From the NCBI GenBank assembly GCA_038323475.1, contig JBBQHA010000001.1, forward strand, positions 720 to 64,719: a stretch of DNA of 64,000 nucleotides. Direction: 5' to 3'. The notes below the pieces were generated by a model that made no database searches, was not told the DNA's origin, and saw only the letters and a program-made list of their open reading frames with translations. This document shows positions 32,543 through 40,916 of this stretch, piece by piece. This DNA comes from Lysobacterales bacterium. Its GTDB lineage: Bacteria; Pseudomonadota; Gammaproteobacteria; Xanthomonadales; Xanthomonadaceae. The position numbers and the translations under genes were made by a program. Within the stretch, counting starts at the first letter, position 1. Each line of letters starts with the position of its first letter.

Positions 32543-35266
32543 ATGCGCAAGTCTGCGACGGCGGGCCGCTCGTTCGGTGCTTCGGATGCAACCCGACGCG
32601 CCGCTGGTTTTCGATCTGGCTTCGGCCGAGTGCTGCTGGCGTTGCTGCTGATCCTCGCGGGCTCGTGGTGCCGGGTCGCATCGGCAGATGTTCTCGATGG
32701 CTGCGACCTGCAGACGGTAGCGCCGACGGCGCTCTCCGGGCCGCCCGGAAGCACGCTCAACTTCAAGTTCAATGCGGTCGAACTCGGCTCCTGCGAGGTC
32801 AATCGCACGACTGGTTCCCTCATCATCGTCTCGGACGAGACCGGTGGAGCAACAGTCAACCCGACCACCTACAGCAGCGCCGGTTCGCAGCAGTTCGATT
32901 TTTCGGTCACCCTCGGCCCGAACCCCGGCAACGTCGTCGTCGAGATCGCCTGCACGTTCGCTTGCGGCCCCACCAGCCTGATCGTCTACACGGCCACGGC
33001 GACCGGTGCGGCCGGAGGCTGCAACCTCCAGGCAGTAGCGCCTTCCACGCAGTCCGGGGCGGCCGGCAGCACGCTCGCCTACAACTTCGACGTGATCGAC
33101 ACGGGCGGATGCCGGAACTCGGGTGTCAGCGGCGCCATCGCGATCACGTCCGATACCACCGGTGGTGCGACCGTCACACCCGGCGGCTTCAGCGGAGTTG
33201 ATGGCCGCTATCCGTTCTCGCTAACGCTGGGCCCGAACCCCGGCAGCGTCAGCATCGGCATCCACTGCGACATCGCCTGCAGTCCTACCGCCACGCTGAC
33301 CTACACCGCCACGGCGACGGGTGGCACCGGCAGTCCCGACATGTCCGTGACCAAGGCGCTGACCAATGCGACCGATCCGGATTCCTCCGATACGGTGACC
33401 CAGAACGACGTGCTGACCTACCAGGTCACAGCACGCAACACCGGCACTGTCCCGCTGACCAATGTGCAGGTCACCGATCCAATAACGACGCCCAGCAGCG
33501 CGACCTGTGCGAGCCTCGCGGTCGGTGCGACCTGCGTGCTGACCGGCACTCACACGGTGACCGCGGGGGACGCGGCAACCGGATCGATCACCAACATCGG
33601 CGCAGCGGACGCCAACGAACTCCCGGACGGAGAGAACACCTTGCCGCTGGTGATCACGGTGTTTGGCGGCGGCAGCGGTCCGGCGACGCTGGCGATCGTA
33701 TCGGGCAACAACCAGAACGTCGTGGCGGGCGCACCGTCTGCTCCGCTGGTGGTCGAGTTGCACAATGGCGCCGGCGCCCCGGTCAACGGCGCAACCATCA
33801 ACTGGTCGACGACCAATGGCACGCTCGCGCAGCCGACCACGATCACCGATGCCAGTGGCCGCAGTAGCAACACGACGATCCTGGAAGTGGCAGGCGCGGC
33901 CACGGTCACGGCTTCGTCGGACAGTCCGGTCGCCGGACCTGTCGCCTTCAGCCTCAATGGCATCACTGCCGGCATCGCCCAGCTCCCGGGCCTGACCGAC
34001 CGCCAGCGCGCGATCGCGCTTGCCCTCGACAACGCGTGCCCGGCGCTCGCCGGCCTCGGCAGCCGCACGCCTGCGGAAAGCGACCTGCTTCTGCGCTGCT
34101 CCGAACTCGAACAAGCCGCGGCCAGCAATCCGTCGGATGTCGGCAACGCACTGGATGAATTGTTCGCAGGTTCGGCGTTTCTGCAGTCCACCGCCGCGCT
34201 GCAGATTTCTGCAACGCAATTCGACAACATCAAGGCGCGCATCGCAGCGCTGCGCAGCGGGACTGGCGGCAGCCACTTCGGCGGCCTCGCGCTGAACGGC
34301 CCGGGCGGCGCATTTCCGATCGGCAGGACGATCGATACGCTGCTCGGCGCGACCGACCAGAAACAGCAGACCGGCGCCGGTTTCAGTCGCTGGGGCTTCT
34401 TCGCATCCGGCACGCTCGGGCGCGGCAGCGCCGACCCGAGCCATGTGCTGCCAGGCTACGACTTCGATACCAGCGGCCTCACCGCGGGCGTGGACTATCG
34501 CTACAGCGACAGCTGGATCTTCGGCGCATCGGCCGGCTATGCGCGCTTCAACAGCGACCTCGACGCGAATCGCGGCCACATGAACACGCGCGGATGGACC
34601 CTGTCCGCCTACTCCACCGTGTTCCACCGGGACAGCTGGTATGTCGACAGCGTGCTGACCTGGGGCCACAACAGCTACGACATCAATCGCCGCATCCTCT
34701 ACTCCGTGACCACACCGTCGGGAACCACCAGCATCAATACCCGCGCAACCGCGAACAGCGGCGGCAGCAACCTTGCCGGCTCGCTGACGGTGGGCTGCGA
34801 CTTCCAGAAGGGCGGCTGGTCGATCGGCCCGTATTTCCGCGGCAACCTTGCGCGATTGAGCTTCGACGACTACCGCGAAGCGCTGCCGGCAGGAACACCG
34901 GGAAGCGGCCTCGGACTGCTGGTCAGGAGCCGCGACGTGCAGTCCGCATCCAGCGTGCTCGGCGGCAAGTTCACCTATGCAGCGAGCCAGAGCTGGGGTG
35001 TGCTGATGCCGCACGTCCAGGTCGAGTGGGAACACGAATTCAGGACCGATCCGTACCGGCTCGAAGCGCATTTCCTCAACGACCCCACCGCGACGCCCTT
35101 CCTTGTGCAGGGCGATCCGGTCGACAACGACTTCTTCCGGCTCGGGCTGGGTCTGTCCTTCGTGCTGACCGGAGGCAAGTCGGGCTTCGTGTACTACGAG
35201 AAGACGCTTGGCCGCGAGGGCATCACCCAGGACAACATCGCGCTGGGGATACGGATCGAGTTCTGA
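32543..35266 (+). CDS. classical (type Va) autotransporter with repeat-rich passenger
   Basis: Start at MRKSATAGRSF (ATG 32543, GGGAGA upstream). Signal segment VLLALLLILAGSWCRVASA. Two tandem Cys-containing modules, a DUF11-like unit (VTQNDVLTYQVTARNTGTVPLTNVQVTD) and a Big-like unit (LAIVSGNNQNVVAGAPSAPLVVELHNGAGAPVNGATINWSTTNGTL). C-terminal autotransporter barrel ending ALGIRIEF. Confidence 0.85.
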   Translation: MRKSATAGRSFGASDATRRAAGFRSGFGRVLLALLLILAGSWCRVASADVLDGCDLQTVAPTALSGPPGSTLNFKFNAVELGSCEVNRTTGSLIIVSDETGGATVNPTTYSSAGSQQFDFSVTLGPNPGNVVVEIACTFACGPTSLIVYTATATGAAGGCNLQAVAPSTQSGAAGSTLAYNFDVIDTGGCRNSGVSGAIAITSDTTGGATVTPGGFSGVDGRYPFSLTLGPNPGSVSIGIHCDIACSPTATLTYTATATGGTGSPDMSVTKALTNATDPDSSDTVTQNDVLTYQVTARNTGTVPLTNVQVTDPITTPSSATCASLAVGATCVLTGTHTVTAGDAATGSITNIGAADANELPDGENTLPLVITVFGGGSGPATLAIVSGNNQNVVAGAPSAPLVVELHNGAGAPVNGATINWSTTNGTLAQPTTITDASGRSSNTTILEVAGAATVTASSDSPVAGPVAFSLNGITAGIAQLPGLTDRQRAIALALDNACPALAGLGSRTPAESDLLLRCSELEQAAASNPSDVGNALDELFAGSAFLQSTAALQISATQFDNIKARIAALRSGTGGSHFGGLALNGPGGAFPIGRTIDTLLGATDQKQQTGAGFSRWGFFASGTLGRGSADPSHVLPGYDFDTSGLTAGVDYRYSDSWIFGASAGYARFNSDLDANRGHMNTRGWTLSAYSTVFHRDSWYVDSVLTWGHNSYDINRRILYSVTTPSGTTSINTRATANSGGSNLAGSLTVGCDFQKGGWSIGPYFRGNLARLSFDDYREALPAGTPGSGLGLLVRSRDVQSASSVLGGKFTYAASQSWGVLMPHVQVEWEHEFRTDPYRLEAHFLNDPTATPFLVQGDPVDNDFFRLGLGLSFVLTGGKSGFVYYEKTLGREGITQDNIALGIRIEF
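32702..33334 (+). repeat. two tandem ~105-codon modules in the autotransporter passenger
   Basis: Module 1 (32702-33019) is CDLQTVAPTALSGPPGSTLNFKFNAVELGSC...TLGPNPGNVVVEIACTFACGPTSLIVYTATATG. Module 2 (33020-33334) is CNLQAVAPSTQSGAAGSTLAYNFDVIDTGGC...TLGPNPGSVSIGIHCDIACSPTATLTYTATATG. Four Cys are conserved in each. Confidence 0.8.
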
Positions 35267-35308
35267 TCCGGGCCGTCCGGCTCACGCGAGTGATTGCGCG
35301 GACGCAGC

Positions 35309-35333
35309 AACAAAGAACCCCGCCGAAGCGGGG
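35309..35333 (-). terminator. rho-independent terminator downstream of gapA (and of the gap relic)
   Basis: Reverse strand reads CCCCGC-TTCG-GCGGGG followed by TTCTTTGTT (stem 35318-35333). It also lies 43 nt after the convergent autotransporter stop. Confidence 0.6.
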
Positions 35334-35361
35334 CTCGATGGACACACGGTGAAAGCCGCGA

Positions 35362-35414
35362 TTATTTTGCGGCGATCACCTTGACCATCTCCAGGCACTT
35401 GTTTGTGAGCCCCA
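35362..35414 (-). pseudogene. relic copy of the last ~14 codons of a gap gene
   Basis: Reverse strand encodes ..[16 protein letters not shown]-stop. The intact gapA 77 nt upstream ends ..[17 protein letters not shown]-stop. Over the shared 13 codons plus stop there are 7 nucleotide differences: 5 are synonymous codon changes and the other 2 convert the stop TGA to TAA. Homology breaks 5-prime of NKC. Confidence 0.7.
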
Positions 35415-35441
35415 CGCGTCATCGGGCTCCCGATTGCGCGG

Positions 35442-36518
<1,077 letters not shown>

Positions 36519-36569
36519 TTAACTGTCCACGCCCGCTAAGACACCCCCATGGGCGAACCAAGGACGCAT

Positions 36570-37379
36570 ATGCGCATTCCATTCCGGCATGTCCTGCTGG
36601 CCACCCTGCTGTGGCCCCTGCTGGCAGGCGCCTGGGGGCCGCACGGACACCGCATCATCGGCGAACTTGCGCAGCGCCAGCTCACCCCGCGGGCGGCGGC
36701 GGCGGTCGCCGACCTGTTGCGCGACGAGCCCGAGCCGACCCTGGCCGGGGTTGCGAACTGGGCCGATGAGCTGCGCGCGAGCGATCCGGATTTCGCCAGG
36801 CGCACCGCGCGCTGGCATTACGTCAACATCCACAGCCTCGACTGCGACTACGATCCGGTGCGCGATTGCCGCGATGGCAATTGCGTAGTCGCCGCGATCG
36901 ATGCCCAGTTGCGCGTGCTCGGCGATCGCTCGCAACCGCGCGCGAGCCGCGTGCAGGCGCTGAAATTCGTGACGCACTTCATCGGCGACGAACACCAGCC
37001 CTTCCACGCCGGCAATCGCGACGACCGTGGCGGCAACGATTTCCAGGTCAGCTTCCACGGTCATGGCAGCAACCTGCATGCGCTGTGGGACAACACGATC
37101 CTGCCGCGGCAGGCCTCCAATCCGGCCGGCTATGCCGCACGCCTGGCCGCGACTCCAGTCGCCGCCGTCGATGCGCGCGTCGGCGCGGGATCGGTCCAGC
37201 GCTGGGCGGAGGAATCCTGCCGGGCGATCGACGCGAATACGCTGTATCCGCCGGCCCACATCGTCGATGACGCCTATCTGGACGCGCACCGCGCGCTGGC
37301 CGATCAGCGCCTGCGATTGGCAGGCGCGCGCCTTGCGGCGGAACTCAACGCCACGCTGGGAAACGCACCTCGCAAATGA
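36570..37379 (+). CDS. secreted S1/P1-family nuclease
   Basis: Start ATG 36570 with AAGGA 5 nt upstream (the ORF track starts at 36549). Signal peptide MRIPFRHVLLATLLWPLLAGA, then a mature N-terminus WGPHGHRIIG, the hallmark Trp1 zinc ligand. Also WHYVNI, HFIGDEHQPFHAG and NLHALWDN zinc-site motifs. Confidence 0.85.
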   Translation: MRIPFRHVLLATLLWPLLAGAWGPHGHRIIGELAQRQLTPRAAAAVADLLRDEPEPTLAGVANWADELRASDPDFARRTARWHYVNIHSLDCDYDPVRDCRDGNCVVAAIDAQLRVLGDRSQPRASRVQALKFVTHFIGDEHQPFHAGNRDDRGGNDFQVSFHGHGSNLHALWDNTILPRQASNPAGYAARLAATPVAAVDARVGAGSVQRWAEESCRAIDANTLYPPAHIVDDAYLDAHRALADQRLRLAGARLAAELNATLGNAPRK

Positions 37380-37395
37380 TCGCTGACGGAATGAA

Positions 37396-39180
37396 TCAAC
37401 CCCTCGGGTCAAAGATCACCGGCACCACCACGTATGCCGGCACAGGATGGCCCTTCGCATTCCTGGCGGGAGCGAAGTGCCATTGTTTCGCTGCATCCAG
37501 ACTGGCCTGATCGAATACGCCCTTCGGATGCGACGACACGACTTCGGCATGTTTCACCGTGCCAGTGGCACCGACCTGCAATTTAAGCCGCACTTCCCCG
37601 CCGATATGCCGTGCCAGCGCTGCTGCCGGATAGTGGGGCGGCGCCTCGCGCGTCGTTCCGTCCGGGGGCGCAGGAGGAACAGGTGGCGCTGGCGGCGCGA
37701 GCGCAGGCACGGGCGGAACCGGTGGCGTGGGCGGAGGCGGAGCCAGCGCCGGTGCGACTGCATTGCGCGCGTAATGTGCATGCGAGGGTGGTGCCGGGGG
37801 AGCCGGCGGCGGCGGGGTATTCGCGCGCGCAGACGGTGCCGATGGAGCCTCAGGGGGCGGTGGGAGATCCGCGGGCACTGGTGGCGCGGGCGGCGCGGGC
37901 GGAACCGGAGGGGTTGCCGTCGCCGAGACCAAGGCCTCGATGCGATAGGAATGTCCCGCATCGTCTTTCGTTGCGAACACCGCCGGGACTCCCGAAGTCG
38001 TGGAGAAGTGCCCATAAAGGATGTCGTGATCCTCCTTCCTGGTGAAGACAACGCCATCGATCATCACGGCCGCGTTTTTCGATCCGGGCTCGGGTCCAAC
38101 CCTGAAATGCAGGCCCCATGGCATCCCGTTCGCGTCCAACTTGACGCTCGCCTCGTCGCCGGCGCGGGTGATGACCGAAGGATTGGCGACGCGCTTGCCG
38201 TCGATGTTCATCGCCAACGTCACCCGGTAGTAGTGCCCGGCGAACGGTGAGGCGGTCGATGCCGCGAGTGCGTTCGCGGTGCTCCAGGCGGAATCGTGGC
38301 CTGCCATTGCGAAGCCGGCCGTTCCGAGCGCAGCAGCCGACACCAGGATCGCGCCTGCAAGACGCGCACGGCGCATGGGCAATGCGTGTTTGAGCAACAT
38401 GATCCTCTCCTTCATCGGTGGTGTGTGGTGCCAGAGGCAGCCAACCGGCACGAAGTGCTCGGCGATCTGGGTCTTGAGCAAAGCGGTGGCGTAACGCTGC
38501 CGCGAACCCGGATGCATGCGCAGCACCGCCGCGTCGCAGGCCATTTCGACATCGCGGCGGAAACGCATCGCGGCGAACTGGACGATCGGGTTGAACCAGA
38601 AAAGGGTGCGCAGCAACGCGCAGACCGCGAGCGCCCACGGATCGCGGCGCAGCTGGTGCATGCGTTCGTGCGCGATCACGAGTTGCTGCTCCTCGTTGCT
38701 GTAATCGGACTCGAAACGCTCGGGCAGCACCAGCTTCTGGCGAAGCACGCCGAGCACGGCGGGAGCCGCATCGGACATGCCGCTGCGCCAGCTGCCGTCG
38801 TCGCCACGGCGCAGCCGCAGGCGCGCGACGAACCGCCGCTGCTGCCTCACCAGGACTGCGAGCAATGCGCATGCGCCCAGCATCCAGATCGCGAGCAGCC
38901 AGCGATCGGCGTCCATCGACCGCAGACTGCTGGTGACGCGCACGACCACCGCTGGCGCCGCAGCGAAGGTCACCGGCGCGGCGAGTGTCGCCTCCGGCGC
39001 GGGCTGCGGCATCGAGAAGCATGCGGCCAGCGCTGCCAGCGGCAGCACGATCCACAGGCGATACGCGATCTCCGCGCCGAGCCAGCGCTGCAACGGCATG
39101 CGCAGCAGCAGGACCGCGACCCCGGCGAGCGAGGTCGCGACGGTCGCATTGATGAGCCATGCAAGCAGTTCAGTTTTCAT
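37396..39180 (-). CDS. BlaR1-like M56 peptidase fused to a Pro-rich linker and a TonB C-terminal domain (sensor 2)
   Basis: Start at MKTELLAWLINATVATSLAGV (ATG 39178-39180). Zinc motif AHERMHQLRRDPW. Long PPxP linker. TonB_C-like end YPAAALARHIGGEVRLKLQVGATGTVKHAEVVSSHPKGVFDQASLDAAKQWHFAPA. Confidence 0.8.
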   Translation of the reverse strand: MKTELLAWLINATVATSLAGVAVLLLRMPLQRWLGAEIAYRLWIVLPLAALAACFSMPQPAPEATLAAPVTFAAAPAVVVRVTSSLRSMDADRWLLAIWMLGACALLAVLVRQQRRFVARLRLRRGDDGSWRSGMSDAAPAVLGVLRQKLVLPERFESDYSNEEQQLVIAHERMHQLRRDPWALAVCALLRTLFWFNPIVQFAAMRFRRDVEMACDAAVLRMHPGSRQRYATALLKTQIAEHFVPVGCLWHHTPPMKERIMLLKHALPMRRARLAGAILVSAAALGTAGFAMAGHDSAWSTANALAASTASPFAGHYYRVTLAMNIDGKRVANPSVITRAGDEASVKLDANGMPWGLHFRVGPEPGSKNAAVMIDGVVFTRKEDHDILYGHFSTTSGVPAVFATKDDAGHSYRIEALVSATATPPVPPAPPAPPVPADLPPPPEAPSAPSARANTPPPPAPPAPPSHAHYARNAVAPALAPPPPTPPVPPVPALAPPAPPVPPAPPDGTTREAPPHYPAAALARHIGGEVRLKLQVGATGTVKHAEVVSSHPKGVFDQASLDAAKQWHFAPARNAKGHPVPAYVVVPVIFDPRG

Positions 39181-39242
39181 CGTCGATCTCCGCGCCGCAT
39201 TCCTCTTGCACGCCGACCCGGCAACGGTCGGCGCGTGCCTGG

Positions 39243-40463
39243 TCAACCCGCCGTGGCGGTCTTCTTGTCCGAGTCCGGCCTGAAATCAACCGGCACCCGC
39301 ACCCAGCCGTCAACGGACTTCCCATGCGACGTGGGGGGATTGAACTTCCACTTCGATGCGGCATCGACCGCGACCTTGTCGAACATGCCGGCGGGCTTCG
39401 AGCTTTCGACCTTCACCGACTTCGGCTTGCCATCGGCACCAACGTGTACCAGCACAACCACCCTACCGCCGATCTTCCTGGCCACAGCATCCGCAGGATA
39501 GCGAGGAAGCGCCGCGTCTCCGGCAAAACTGGTGGCGGTCGACGCCGGATCCGTGGCGGCTTGTTTGCCGCTGTGCGTCGTCCGGGCGGGTTGCGCAGCC
39601 CATGCGGAATAGCTTCCGCCGAGGACCACGACCGCGACCAACAGTGCTCCCGCTATCTGCCGCGGCATGCCGGGCAATGGTTTCTTCAACATGGCGATAC
39701 GCTCCTTGAGTGGGTGACTCGACTGCCAGTGACAACCGATCGGCAACCCGATTTCGGCCATCTTGGTTTTCAACATCGCGTCGGCATAGCTGCGTCGCGA
39801 CATCGGGAACTGCTCCAGGACGGCGGCGTCGCAAGCCAGTTCCTGGTCGAAGCGGAAGCGCGCCACCGCGTAATGGAGCAACGGGTTGCACCAGAACACG
39901 CAACGCAGCGCGGTCGCGAGCGTTTGCGCATGCACGTCGCCGCGCCGCAGGTGCACGCGTTCATGCGCGAGCACCAGCGTTTGCTCGGCTTCGTTGTAGC
40001 GTTGCCTGAAATCGACAGGCAGGACGATGCGCGGTCGCCACAGCCCGGCGATAGCGGGACCGTGAGCGATCGCTTCGTCGTAGGGCATGTCGTCCCGGCG
40101 CCGGATGAAGCGATTGAAACGGGATTGCCGCATCGTGAAGACGACGACTGCGAGCACCGCGCCTGAGAGCCAGCACACGAACAGGATCGATGACGCATCG
40201 GTTCCGGAAGCTGGCACAAGGGCCTGCGTCAGCGCACGCGGCATGCCGACCCATGCGGATGTGGCGGCCGGCGACATCACTGCCATGCTCGGCGCAGGGA
40301 GCAGCGCCGCGAGCGCCGCCATCGGCACCAGCAGCCAGACGGCATAGGCAGAACGCGCACCCAGCCCATGACGCAGCGGCTTGCGCACCAGCAGGACAAG
40401 CAAGATCGCCAGGCTGGTCGCGATGCCCGATTGCAGCAGCCCCGCAAGCATGTCAGCGATCAT
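39243..40463 (-). CDS. BlaR1-like M56 peptidase fused to a TonB C-terminal domain (sensor 1)
   Basis: 406 aa. MIADMLAGLLQSGIATSLAILLVLL, zinc motif AHERVHLRRGDVH. C-terminus YPADAVARKIGGRVVVLVHVGADGKPKSVKVESSKPAGMFDKVAVDAASKWKFNPP. Confidence 0.8.
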   Translation of the reverse strand: MIADMLAGLLQSGIATSLAILLVLLVRKPLRHGLGARSAYAVWLLVPMAALAALLPAPSMAVMSPAATSAWVGMPRALTQALVPASGTDASSILFVCWLSGAVLAVVVFTMRQSRFNRFIRRRDDMPYDEAIAHGPAIAGLWRPRIVLPVDFRQRYNEAEQTLVLAHERVHLRRGDVHAQTLATALRCVFWCNPLLHYAVARFRFDQELACDAAVLEQFPMSRRSYADAMLKTKMAEIGLPIGCHWQSSHPLKERIAMLKKPLPGMPRQIAGALLVAVVVLGGSYSAWAAQPARTTHSGKQAATDPASTATSFAGDAALPRYPADAVARKIGGRVVVLVHVGADGKPKSVKVESSKPAGMFDKVAVDAASKWKFNPPTSHGKSVDGWVRVPVDFRPDSDKKTATAG

Positions 40464-40827
40464 TGTCGAGTCCCTCGATCAGTTTCTTCAGCTCGTTGAT
40501 GTCCTTCCTGCTCAACTTGCCCTTTTCGCTGAAATGCGCGACCAGAGGCGCGACACGGCCGCCGAACAAACGGTCGAGCAGGCCCTCGCTCTGTCCATGC
40601 ACCCAGTCCGCGCGGGCGAGCACTGGCGAATACAGATAACGGCGTCCGTCCTTCGCGGCGCGGATCGCTTTCTTCTTCAGCAACCGGTTGAGCAAGGTCT
40701 TGATCGTCGCTTCCTGCCAGTCCTGGCTTTTGTCGAGGGCGGCCACGACTTCGTCGGCGCTGAGCGGACTGCGCCGCCACAACACGTCCATGACCGCCGA
40801 TTCGGCTTCGCTGATCTGCATGCGCAT
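40453..40827 (-). CDS. BlaI/MecI/CopY family transcriptional repressor
   Basis: Tail of ORF 40453..41016: MRMQISEAESAVMDVLWRRSPLSADEVVAALDKSQDWQEATIKTLLNRLLKKKAIRAAKDGRRYLYSPV (winged helix of the penicillinase-repressor family). Overlaps the start of sensor 1 by 11 nt. Confidence 0.85.
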   Translation of the reverse strand: MRMQISEAESAVMDVLWRRSPLSADEVVAALDKSQDWQEATIKTLLNRLLKKKAIRAAKDGRRYLYSPVLARADWVHGQSEGLLDRLFGGRVAPLVAHFSEKGKLSRKDINELKKLIEGLDNDR

Positions 40828-40842
40828 ACCCGTCCCTATTCG

Positions 40843-40880
40843 ATTACGTCTGTAATTGACCATATGTTTACGCGTGTAAT
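40843..40880. promoter_or_regulatory. two BlaI/CopY-type TTAC-N4-GTAA dyads (putative operators) upstream of the blaI-like gene
   Basis: ATTAC-GTCT-GTAAT at 40843-40856 and TTTAC-GCGT-GTAAT at 40867-40880 (centres 24 bp apart), 16-53 nt upstream of the repressor start. The TACA/TGTA-type dyad is the known operator class of BlaI/MecI/CopY. Confidence 0.55.
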
Positions 40881-40916
40881 CACTGCCTGTCAACCCGTGC
40901 GTGCGATACTTTCTGC

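Noticed and set aside
28170-35071. Long antisense ORFs 28170..30635 (821 aa), 28508..30466, 30235..32139 (634 aa), 31568..32524, 31939..33201 and 33221..35071 (616 aa).
   Set aside because: All overlap well-supported genes (LuxR regulator, GNAT, barrel, autotransporter) and translate to R/A/G/P-rich low-complexity sequence.
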